Shown here piece after piece: positions 1 through 11,900 of a DNA stretch of 64,000 bases. The position numbers and the translations under genes were made by a program. The notes beneath the pieces are model-generated. The model did not search any database. It saw nothing but the letters and a program-made list of their open reading frames with translations, and was not told where the DNA came from. Origin of the DNA: Eledone cirrhosa (lineage: Eukaryota); the NCBI GenBank assembly GCA_964016885.1, contig OZ024743.1, forward strand, positions 99,324,001 to 99,388,000, given 5' to 3'. Position 1 is the stretch's first letter. The number at the start of each line of letters is the position of its first letter.

Positions 1-1124
1 CCCCTAGCTCATTCAATCTGCCTGAAGGAAGATTACTACAGTGTGAAAGTCCTCTTGGAAGCTCTGCAATACAACCAGTACAATTGGGAAATTGGAGACT
101 TCAAGATGGTGGCTTTCCTGCTTGGACTCCAAAGAGGCTTTATCAAATTCCAATGCTTCCTCTGCCTTTGGGACAGCAGAGCCACCTCCCTCTGACCACT
201 ACAAAAGAAAGAACTGGGAGCAGCGAACAGAATTTGTAGTTGGGACCTGGAACGTCATGTGGGAGCCACTGGTTGATCCCAGGATTGTGCTCATGCCGCC
301 ACTGCACATTAAGTTGGGGTTGATGAATCAGTTTATGAAGGCTCTCAACCAAGAATCAGCCGCTTTTAAGTACCTTCTTGAGTCCATCCCCAAGTTATCT
401 GAGGCCAAAATCAAAAGTGTAATTTTTGTTGGACCTCAGATAAAGAAGGTGTTTGAGTCTACCGAGTTCTCCAATAAGCTCAATAGGATTGAGAGAACAG
501 CATGGAACTGTTTCAAGGCAGTTGTTAAGGGCTTCCTGGGCAACTACAGAGCTGAAAACTACCAGCAACTGGTGCAGGATCTGATAAAGGCTTTTGGCGC
601 CATGGGATGCAGGATGTCGCTTAAACTCCATATGCTGGACGCTCACCTGGAAAATTCAAGGACAATATGGGCGCCTACTCAGAAGAACAAGGCGAACGAT
701 TCCACCAGGATGTGAAAGAGATAGAGCAGAGTTACCAGGGCCACTACAATGAAAAAATGATGGGGGGACTATATCTGGGGGCTAGTGCGGGAATGCGACC
801 TGGACTACAACCGCAAATCCAGGAAATCCAGTCATTTCTGATGTGTATAAGTTGCTTTATAAGTGTTATTTGTTTTTACTTGTTTGCTTTTGATAAGCTT
901 GTGTAATAAAATAAATATATACTCTGTTGATTTAATTATATGAACTGATAAATTTTAAAAAAATGTGTTTTTTCTTGAAAAATATGAAAATTTCGAAATA
1001 TCAAATTCCTGACCACAAACCCAAACTTCTGATTGAATAATAGTGTTTTTTTTAATAATAATGAGATATAACAAACCATGAAATGACACTTAGAACTGGG
1101 GAACAAACAATATGTTACACAGTG
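1..1124 (+). mobile_element. Degenerate Chapaev3-like (CMC superfamily) DNA transposon, 3' part with right terminus
   Basis: Frameshifted ORFs 92-715 and 667-906 give PLVDPRIVLMPPLHIKLGLM..FMKAL, FLGNYRAENY, MSLKLHMLDAHL and GAYSEEQGERFHQD, motifs I recognise from this transposase family. TGTTACACAGTG at 1113-1124 fits a CAC...GTG-type TIR end. The superfamily assignment is from memory. Confidence 0.7.
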
Positions 1125-2318
1125 TTATCAAATCTGGTTGAATGTTCACTGAGACAAAATATAGTGATATAGATGTTAGCTACTTCCACTTGACCTTTAG
1201 AGACAGCTTCCACTCAGTTGACTTTTGAATGAGAGTGGCCAGTCAGATTGTGACCTCTTCCCAGTTTTTATTCAGGTAAAGGTCTAAACTGGGCCAGTGG
1301 TTCAAGAACAGAAGTCATTATCTTACATGAACTTATTTGTTCAGGTGCCATGTTGCAAACCTACAAATGTATCCCAATTGATGCAGGTTCCCATTACCTC
1401 CCAGTATTGCTCTAAAATGATGCCATTGTAGACAGATAATATCAAATAATTTTTAGGTTTTCATACTGAATAAAAGAAATAATAGTATCAAAGCAGTTTG
1501 GTTCTGATTATGGCAATGTAATCATATTTATTGGCCTAGATATTAACATCAATATAGTTGTACATGCCAATACATCTGTCAATGGACAGGACAGGACGTT
1601 TGACAAAACAGAAGGGGAAAAAGATTCCCTATTTTATAAAATGTATGAAAACAGTTATATCATAATCATCATCATCATCTTCGTTTAACGTCCATTTTCC
1701 ACGCTAGCATATTTGTTGAAAAGCAATAGTTTCTGAAAGAAACCATGTATTCATAGGATATTCAATATCAAATTGTAATAAAAAAAAAAAAAGAACGTAT
1801 CTCAAAGAGGAGATGTTAGCTTTAGAATGAAGATGTCAGAATAGATTTAATAATATTTGATTCCACAACTCACACAAAGAAGAGTTCTGTTTAGAGACTT
1901 ACAGTGTCTGATACTTTTACACTTATCGTGATTTGTTTGGTGCTTTGTATAATATATCCACAGATATTCTCTGTGCAATTTTATCACAATTTACTTTTTC
2001 TACACATGCACACACACATATATATAAGTAAACATGTATATATATACAAATATATATAAGTAAACATGTGTATATATACAAATATATATAAGTAAACATG
2101 TGTATATATACAAATATATATAAGTAAACATGTGTATATATACAAATATATATAAGTAAACATGTGTATATATACAAATATATATAAGTAAACATATATG
2201 TATATATATACAAATATATATAAATAAACGTGTATATATATACAAATATATATAAGTAAACGTCTGTATATACAAATATATATAAGTAAACATGTGTATA
2301 TATATACAAATATATACA

Positions 2319-5158
2319 ATCACTTGATCACCTACAGATCAGGGGAACATACCAGCCAGGTAGATTATATCCTTACCAGAAGACGTGACAGAGTGTCTGT
2401 TGTAAACACTAAATCCCTCCCCCATGAAGAATGCACCTCCCAACATAGACTCATAATTAGCGACCTCATAGTCAGGACGAGACGTACTCGACAGCAGAAG
2501 AGGACTATCCTCAGAAGAAAAATATGGAAGCTAAAAGACCCCACAGCCAGAAATAAATTTAAAAGCATATTACTTGATGCTTTCGACAGTAAGGAAGAGC
2601 ATTTAGAGTCGTACAATATAGAGGAACAGTGGAAATACCTGAAAGCAAACCTGCTGATGGTGGCAGACGAAGTCTGTGGCTGGAGCAGGCCTATAGGCAG
2701 GAGGAGAGTAACATGGTGGTGGAACAGTAAGGTGGAGGAGTCAATTAAGGCCAAAAAGCAGGCTTGGAAAGTATGGCGGGATGGGGGAAGTAGAGAAGAC
2801 TATCAAGTGGCCAGGAGGGAATCTAGGAGACAAGTGTACTTCGCAAGAAGGGAAGCCGAGGAAAGAAAGTTCAAGCATGTTCTACAACGTGAGGACCAAA
2901 AACGTGAGGTGTTCAGGATTGCTAGGCAATGTGTCAAGGAAAACCATGATATTGTCGGGGAGAAGTGTGTACTTAATGATGATGGCGTACTTGCCATCAC
3001 TGACGCTGATAAGAAGGTAGCTTGGCAGTGTCTCTACGAAAGGCTACTAAATGAGGAGAATAAATGGGAGAAAGACAGTCTCCCCCACATCGACCCAATA
3101 GAAGGACAAGCAGTGTTAGTCGAAGGTAGTATAATAAGTAAGGCAATCAAAGATATGAAGACGGGTAAGGCGGCTGGGCCTTCGGAAATAGTTGCTGAGA
3201 TGCTGAAAGCCTCTGGAACGGTGGGACACACCATGGTCACCCGGATAGTAAACCAAGTCATACAGAATGGGGTTGTTCCGAAGGACTGGCGTAGCAGCAT
3301 CATCATTAACTGTTACAAGGGTAAAGGAGATGCCCTAGATAGGAGTAACTATAGAGGCATTAAATTAATTGACCAGGTCATGAAGGTCACGGAAAAAGTA
3401 ATAGCGCAACTAATCAGAGAGAGAATTGATCTAGATGAAATGCAGTTCAGGTTTGTGTCAGGCAAAAGTACCACAGACGGTCTTTTCATTGTACGACAAC
3501 TACAGGACAAGTACCTAGCTAAAAGTAAACCCCTATACTTAGCTTTTGTCGACTTGGAGAAAACCTTCGACAGAGTCCCCCGTTCCATTATCTGGTGGGC
3601 TCTTAGAAAACTAGGTGTTGATGAATGGCTTGTGAGAGCTATACAAGCCATGTATAAAGAAACAGTCAGCAAGGTTAGAATTAACAACGAATATAGTGAA
3701 GAGTTTAGCGTAAAAGTTGGTGTTCATCAGGGCTCCGTTCTTAGCCCCCTACTATTCATTATTGCCCTTCAGGCTATAACAGTGGAGTTCAAGACCGGCT
3801 GCCCATGGGAACTCCTATACGCGGATGATCTAACGCTCATAGCTGAATCAATGGCTGAACTAGAGAAGAAATTCCAAACATGGAAGCACGGCCTAGAATC
3901 AAAAGGCCTTAAAATTAACCTGGCTAAGACTAAAGTTCTAGTTTGTAGGAAGGAAAATAGGGCGCTGGTCCCATCCGGGAAATGGCCATGCTCAGTGTGT
4001 AGGAAAGGCGTAGGTAGAAACTCCATTTTATGTCCCAAATGCAAAGTATGGGTGCATAAAAGATGTAGAGGGATCACAGGTAAGCTAACTAAGAACATAG
4101 ATTTTACATGTGGCCGGTGCTCTGGTGCAATAAGTAGCAGCAAGTGCCCATTAAATACTAGCTCTTTCAATTGCACAGAGGGTTCTATAGAAATAGTGGA
4201 CAGCTTCCGTTACCTGGGTACAAAATCAGCAGTGGGGGAGGGTGCTCTGAAAGTACAGTAGCTAGAGTCAGAACTGGATGGAAAAAGTTCAGAGAGCTTA
4301 TACCTCTATTAGCCGCTAAAGGGTTCTCCCTAAAAATGAAAGGCAGGCTGTATGAAGCCTGCATACGAACAGCAATGTTGCATGGCAGTGAGACCTGGGC
4401 ATTGTGTGCAGAGGATATCTGCAGACTAGAGAGGAACGAAGCTTGCATGTTCCATTGGATGTGTAATAGTAATATACGTGAACGGCAACGCATTAACGAA
4501 CTAAGGGAAAAGTTAGAAATAAGAGGGATCAGATGTTGTTTACTTGAGAGAAGGCTACGTTGGTATGGTCACGTGATGCGCATGAAAGACGACAGCTGTA
4601 TAAAAAAGTGCAGGGCAATAAAAATAGACGGTAGCCACGGAGTAGGCAGACCCAGAAAAACCTGGGATGACTGGATAAATTCCGAGCTCACACACTTACA
4701 CCTCTCCAAGACAATGTCACTGGACCGAGATCTTTGGCGGTACTCAGTAATAGAGTAGACCCGCCTTACCTAAATACAAAGTAAAACCTACTACAGTCAG
4801 CAGGCACCTCTAACAAAATACACCCCTGTCCCACTACCCCCACCCCATCCATACCGCCCCTTTCAATGTAAAGTTATGTTGGTACCACAACATCCAGGCC
4901 GAAACAAATGAGGTCGTGTAGGTGTCACAACAAAAAAACACACAGTCCACGCTGTAATGTGGCCGTGTAGGTAACACAGTAAAAACCTCCCAGTTCCACA
5001 CTATAAATGTGGTTGGTGTTAGGAAGAGCATCCAGCCGTAGAAAACCCGCCAGACAGTCCTATGCGAGCAAGACAACCACTCTTGCCTCAAGTGGGAAAA
5101 CTCCCGTCCAAACCCATGAAAGCGTGGAATACGGACGTCAAACGATGATGATGATGAT
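2319..5158 (+). mobile_element. RTE-clade LINE (family A), 5'-truncated and frameshifted
   Basis: ORF 2294-4261 has the APE C-terminus (SQVDYIL, SQHRLII), RT (GVHQGSVLSPLLF, YADD) and a PHD-like finger. There is a frameshift near 4219 into ORF 4171-4758 (RRLRWYGHV). The 3'UTR ends in (GAT)n. Confidence 0.95.
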
Positions 5159-6516
5159 ACAGGGTAAACATGTGTATATATACAAATATATATAAGTAAA
5201 CATGTGTGTATATACAAATATATATAAGTAAACGTGTATATATATACAAATATATATAAGTAAACATGTGTATATATATACAAATATATATAAGTAAACG
5301 TGTGTATATATACAAATATATATAAGTAAACATGTGTGTATAAACAAATATATATAAGTAAACATGTGTGTATATATACAAATATATATAAGTAAACATG
5401 TGTGTATATACAAATATATATAGGGTAAACATGTGTATATATACAAATATATATAAGTAAACATGTGTGTATATACAAATATATATAAGTAAACGCGTAT
5501 ATATATACAAATATATATAAGTAAACATGTGTATATATATACAAATATATATAAGTAAACATGTGTATATATACAAATATATATAAGTAAACATGTGTAT
5601 ATATATACAAATATATATAAGTAAATATGTGTGTATATCCAAATATATATAAGTAAACATGTGTGTATATACAAATATATATAAGTAAACATGTGTACAT
5701 ATATACAAATATATATAGGGTAAACATGTGTATATATACAAATATATATAAGTAAACATGTGTGTATATACAAATATATATAGGGTAAACATGTGTATAT
5801 ATACAAATATATATAAGTAAACATGTGTGTATATACAAATATATATAAGTAAACATGTGTATATATACAAATATATATAAGTAAACATGTGTATATATAT
5901 ACAAATATATATAAGTAAATATGTGTGTATATCCAAATATATATAAGTAAACATGTGTGTATATACAAATATATATAAGTAAACGTGTATATATATACAA
6001 ATATATATAAGTAAACATGTGTATATATACAAATATATATAAGTAAACATGTGTATATATATACAAATATATATAAGTAAATATGTGTGTATATCCAAAT
6101 ATATATAAGTAAACGTGTGTATATACAAATATATATAACTAAACATGTGTACATATATACAAATATATATAGGGTAAACATGTGTATATATACAAATATA
6201 TATAAGTAAACATGAGTGTATATACAAATATATATAGGGTAAACATGTGTATATATACAAATATATATAAGTAAACATGTGTGTATATACAAATATATAT
6301 AAGTAAACATGTGTATATATACAAATATATATAAGTAAACATGTGTGTATATACAAATATATATAAGTAAACATGTGTACATATATACAAAAATATATAG
6401 GGTAAACATGTGTATATATACAAATATATATAAGTAAACATGTGTGTATATACAAATATATATAAGTAAACGTGTATATATATACAAATATATATAAGTA
6501 AACATGTGTATATATA

Positions 6517-6913
6517 TGTAGTGACCTACATTCCGCGGGCTCACATACATTCTCTGTGCGTGATTTGGCTCAGCTCAGCCAATCAGCGCCACTAGAAGAG
6601 GATGTATCCCTACGCGTCCTGAGGGAGAAATTCCCCGCAAAGATTTGAAGAATCTTCCTCTCGCACCAGGAACTTCGAACCAGCAACACGTACATGTGAC
6701 GGTGAGATTTTGCACCTTAGCCTGCCGGCTTTCCGGCGCAATGGCACATTCCCTTTTGTAACCTCATTTTATGTGTAACTTCAACCATACAAGTTAACAA
6801 ACATTATTTGTGCTACAACAAAAATAAACATACATTTCATCTCTAATTTCAGCTGTTGTCGTCATTATTATGTTACTCGTGTCTTAATAACATTTATACA
6901 CCATGCTGCTAAA
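6517..6913 (+). mobile_element. Probable solo LTR inserted in the minisatellite
   Basis: A ~397-bp non-repetitive block starts TGTAG and ends CTAAA (likely a mutated CTACA). It has an internal AATAAA near 6823 and TATA on both sides, and the minisatellite resumes in register. Confidence 0.55.
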
Positions 6914-6971
6914 TATATACAAATATATATAAGTAAACATGTGTGTATATATACAAATATATATAAGTAAA

Positions 6972-7308
6972 CATCATCATCATCATCATTTCATTTTACG
7001 TCCACTTTTTCCCTGCTTGCAAGGGTGGGACGGGAACTGATTCTGGCTTGATTTCTACAGCTGGATGCCCTTCCTAACACCAACCTCATTTACAGTGAGT
7101 GCTGGGTGCTTTTTTGCTGTGGCACCTCCACGACCACTTTGCAGTGGAATAATAGGGACCCCAGTCCTATCATCTCATTTCTACAGCTGAGTAAACTGGA
7201 GCAATGTGAAATAAAGTGTCTTGCTCAAGGAAACAACACATCACCCGGTCTGAGAATTGAACTCACAACCTTTCGATTGCAAGGCCAATGCTCTAACCAC
7301 TAAGCTAT
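6972..7308 (-). mobile_element. tRNA-derived SINE family 1 (CORE-like centre, RTE-derived tail)
   Basis: The minus strand has an A box (TAGCTTAGTGG), a B box (GAGTTCAATTC), CCTTGAGCAAGACACTT, the RTE 3'UTR motif TTAGGAAGGGCATCCAGCTGTAGAAA and an (ATG)n tail. Confidence 0.9.
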
Positions 7309-7442
7309 CTGTGTATATATATACAAATATATATAAGTAAACATGTGTATATATACAAATATATATATAAACTGTGATAAGATTACATGGAAAAATGGAC
7401 ATTAGACAGGATTATAATGATGATACATGTATATATACACAC

Positions 7443-7476
<34 letters not shown>

Positions 7477-7530
7477 GTATATATATACATATATATATAC
7501 ATATATATATACACACATATATATATATAT

Positions 7531-7615
<85 letters not shown>

Positions 7616-7621
7616 TACATA

Positions 7622-8905
7622 TCATCATCATCAACGTTTAACGTCCGTGTTCCACGCTTGCATGGGTTTGGATGGGGGTTTTCCCACTTGAGGCAAGAGT
7701 GATTGTCTTGCTCGCATAGGACTGTCTGGCAGGTTTTCTACAGTTGGATGCCCTTCCTAACACCAACCACATTTACAGTGTGGGTCTGGGAGGTTTTTAC
7801 CGTGTTGCCTACACGGCCACATTACAGCGTGGACTGTGTGTTTTTTTGTCGTGACACCTACACGATCTCATTTGTTTCGGCCTGGATGGTGTGACACCAA
7901 CATAACTTTACATAGAAGGGGGTGGTGTGGATGGGGTGGGGGTGGGGGTGGTGGGACAGGGGCGTATTTTGTTAGAGATGCCTACTGACTGTAGTAGGTT
8001 TTACTTTGTATTTAGGTGAGGCGGGTCTTCTCTATTACTGAGTACCGCCAAAGGTCTCGGTCCAGTGACATTGTCTTGGTGAGGTGTAAGTGTGTGAGGT
8101 CGGAGTTTATCAGCTCGTCCCAGGTTTTTCTGGGTCTGCCTATTCCGTGGCTACCATCTATCTTTATTGCCCTGCACTTTGTTATACAGCTATCGTCCTT
8201 CATGCGCATCACGTGACCATACCAACGTAGCCTTCTCTCTAGTAAACAACATCTGATCCCTCTTATTTCTAATTTTTTCCTTAGTTCGTTTATGCTTTGT
8301 CGTTCACGTATATTACTATTACACATCCAGCGGAGCATGCAAACTTCATTTCTCTTTAGTCTGCGTATATCCTCTGCACACAATGCCCAGGTCTCACTGC
8401 CATGCAACATTGCTGTTCGTATGCAGGCATCGTACAGCCTGCTTTCATTTTTAGGGAGAACCCTTTAGCGGCTAATAGTGCTATAAGCTCTCTGAACTTT
8501 TTCCACCCCGTTCTGACTCTAGCTACTGTACTTTCAGAGCACCCTCCCCCACTGCTGATTTTGTCACCCAGGTAACGGAAGCTCTCCACTATTTCTATAA
8601 AACCCTCTGTGCAGTTGAAAGAGCTAGTATTTTGTGGGCACTTGCTGCTACTTATTGCCCCAGAGCACCGCCCACATGTAAAATCTAAGTTCTTAGTTAG
8701 CTTACCTGTGATCCCACTACATCTTTTATGCACCCAAACTTTGCATTTGGGACACAAAATGGAATTTCTACCTACGCCTTTCCTACACTCTGCACATGGC
8801 CACTTCCCGGAGGGGACCGCCGCCTTATTTTCTTTCTTACAAACTAGAACTTTAGTCTTAGCCAGGTTAATTTTAAGGCCTTTTGATTCTAGGCCGTGCT
8901 TCCAT
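7622..8905 (-). mobile_element. RTE family A LINE, 3' fragment
   Basis: ORFs 8356-8757 and 8012-8410 (PHD finger and C-terminal region), the 3'UTR and an (ATG)n tail match the full-length copy next to it. Confidence 0.95.
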
Positions 8906-8914
8906 ATATATATA

Positions 8915-11900
8915 TCATCATCATCATCATCATCAACGTTTAACGTCCGTGTTCCACGCTTGCATGGGTTTGGACGGGGGTAGTCCCACTTGAGGCAAGA
9001 GTGATTGTCTTGCTCGCATAGGACTGTCTGGCAGGTTTTCTACAGTTGGATGCCCTTCCTAACACCAACCACATTTACAGTGTGGGTCTGGGAGGTTTTT
9101 ACCGTGTTGCCTACACGGCCACATTACAGCGTGGACTGTGTGTTTTTTTGTCGTGACACCTACACGATCTCATTTGTTTCGGCCTCGATGGCGCGGCACC
9201 AACATAACTTTACATAGAACGGGGTGGTGTGGATCGGGTGGGGGTGGTGGGACGGGGTGTATTTTGTTAGAGATGCCTACTGGCTGGAGTAGGTTTTACT
9301 ATATATTTAGGTAAGGCGGGTCTTCTCTGTTACTGAGTACCGCCAAAGGTCTCGGTCCAGTGACATTGTCTTGGAGAGGTGTAAGTGTGTGATGTCGGAG
9401 TTTATCAGCTCGTCCCAGGTTTTTCTAGGTCTGCCTATTCCGTGACTACCGTCTATCTTTATTGCCCTGCACTTTGTTATACAGCTATCGACTTTCATGC
9501 GCATCACGTGTCCATACCAACGTAGCCTTCTCTCGAGTAAACAACATCTGATCCCTCTTATCTCTAATTTATTCCTTAGTTCGTTTATGCTTTGCCGTTC
9601 ACGTATATTACTGTTACACATCCAGCGGAGCATGCAAGCTTCGTTCCTCTCTAGTCTGCGTATATCCTCTGCACACAATGCCCAGGTCTCACTGCCATGC
9701 AGCATTGCTGTTCGTATGCAGGCATCGTACAACCTGCCTTTCATTTTTAGTGAGAACCCTTTAGCAGCTAATAGTGGTATAAGCTCTCTGAACTTTTTCC
9801 AACCAGTTCTGACTCTAGCTACAGTACTTTCAGAGCACCCTCCCCCACTGCTGATTTTATCGCCCAGGTAACGGAAGCTGTCCACTATTTCTATAGAACC
9901 CTCTGCGCAATTGAAAGAGCTAGTAGTTTGTGGGCACTTGCTGCTACTTATTGCACCAGAGCACCGGCCACATGTAAAATCTATGTTCTTAGTTAGCCTA
10001 CCTGTGATCCCACTACATCTTTTATGCACCCATACTTTGCATTTAGGACATAAAATGGAGTTTCTACCTACGCCTTTCCTACACACCGAGCACGACCATT
10101 TCCCAGAAGGGACCGCCGCCTTGTTTTCTTTCCTACAAACTAGTACTTTGGTCTTAGCCAGGTTAATTTTAAGTCCTTTTGACTCTAGGCCGTGCTTCCA
10201 TGTTTGGAATTTCTTCTCTAGCTCGGCCATTGATTCCGCTATGAGTGTCAGGTCGTCTGCGTATAGGAGTTCCCATGGGCAGCCTGTCTTGAACTCCTCT
10301 GTTATAGCCTGAAGGGCAATAATAAATAGTAGTGGACTGAGAACAGAGCCCTGATGGACGCCGACTTTTACGCTAAACTCTTCACTATATTCGTTGTTAA
10401 TTCTAACCTTGCTGACTGTTTCTTTATACATGGCTTGTATAGCCCTCACAAGCCATTCGTCAACGCCTAGTTTTCTAAGAGCCCACCAGATAATGGAGCG
10501 GGGGACTCTGTCGAAGGCTTTCTCCAAGTCGACAAAAGCTAAGTAGAGGGGTTTACCTTTAGCTAGGTACTTCTCTTGTAGTTGTCGTACTATGAAAAGA
10601 GCGTCTGTGGTACTTTTGCCTGACACAAACCCGAACTGCATTTCATCTAGGTCAATTCTCTCTCTGATTAGTTGCGCTATTACTCTTTCCGTGACCTTCA
10701 TGACCTGGTCGATTAATTTAATGCCTCTATAGTTACTCCTATCTAGGGCGTCTCCTTTACCCTTATAACAGTTAACGATGATGCTGCTATGCCAGTCCTT
10801 CGGAACAACCCCGTTCTGTACGACTTGGTTAACTATGCGGGTGACCATGGTGTGTCCCACCGTGCCAGATGCCTTCAGCATCTCAGCAACTATTTCCGAA
10901 GGCCCAGCCGCCTTACCAGTCTTCATATCCTTGATTGCCTTACTTATTATACTCCCCTCGACTAACACTGCTGGTCCCTCTATTGGGTCGATATGGGGGA
11001 GACTGCCTTTCTCCCAATTATTCTCCTCATTTAGAAGCCTTTCATAGTGACACTTCCAAGCTACCTTCTTATCAGCGTCGGTGATGGCAAGTGTGCCCTC
11101 GTCGTTTAGTACACACTTCTCCCCGACAATATCACGGTTTTCCTTGACGCATTGCCTAGCAATCCTGAACACCTCACGTTTTTGGTCATCGCGTTGTAGA
11201 ACATGCTTGAACTTTCTTTCCTCAGCTTCCCTTCTTGCTAAGTACACTTGTCTCCTAGCTTCCCTCCTGGCCACTTGATAGTCCTCTCTACTTCCCCCAT
11301 CCCGCCATACTTTCCAAGCCTGCTTTTTGGCCTTAATTGACCCCTCCACCTTACTGTTCCACCACCATGTTACTCTCCTCCTGCCTACAGGCCTGCTCCA
11401 GCCACAGACCTCGTCTGTCACCAACAGCAGGTTTGCTTTCAGAAATTCCCACTCTCCCTCTATATTGTCCGACTCTAAATGTTCTTCCTTACTGTCGAAA
11501 GCATCAAGTAATATGCTTTGAAATTTATTCCTGGCTGTGGGGTCCTTTAGCTTCCATATTTTCCTCCTGAGGATAGTCCTCTTCTGTTGTCGAGTACGTC
11601 TCGTCCTGACTATGAGGTCGCTAATTATCAGTCTATGTTGGGAGGTGCATTCTTCATGGGGGAGGGATTTAGTGTTAACAACAGACACTCTGTCACGTCT
11701 TCTGGTAAGGATATAATCTACCTGGCTTGTGTGTTCCCCGGATCTATAGGTGATCAGGTGATTGTCACGTTTTTTGAAGTTAGTGTTACAGATAGTTAGG
11801 TTATTTGCATCACAGAATTCCAGGATTCTGGAGCCTTCCTCATTTCTAGTACCAAACCCATAGCCTCCATGGATTTCGTCGTAGCCGTCACAATGTTGTC

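Larger units (their letters stand above)
2017..7370. repeat. ~32-bp AT-rich minisatellite (GTAAACATGTGTATATATACAAATATATATAA)n, interrupted by insertions
   Basis: Tandem units are visible at 2017-2318, 5161-6516, 6914-6972 and 7309-7370. The long YIYIC-type ORFs here are artefacts of the array. Confidence 0.95.

Noticed and set aside
4834-6550. 410-470 aa Y/I/C/H-rich ORFs (also at 1923-2323, 7374-7702, 41428-42038 and 45775-46119)
   Set aside because: They are translations of TA-rich mini- and microsatellites that happen to lack stop codons.
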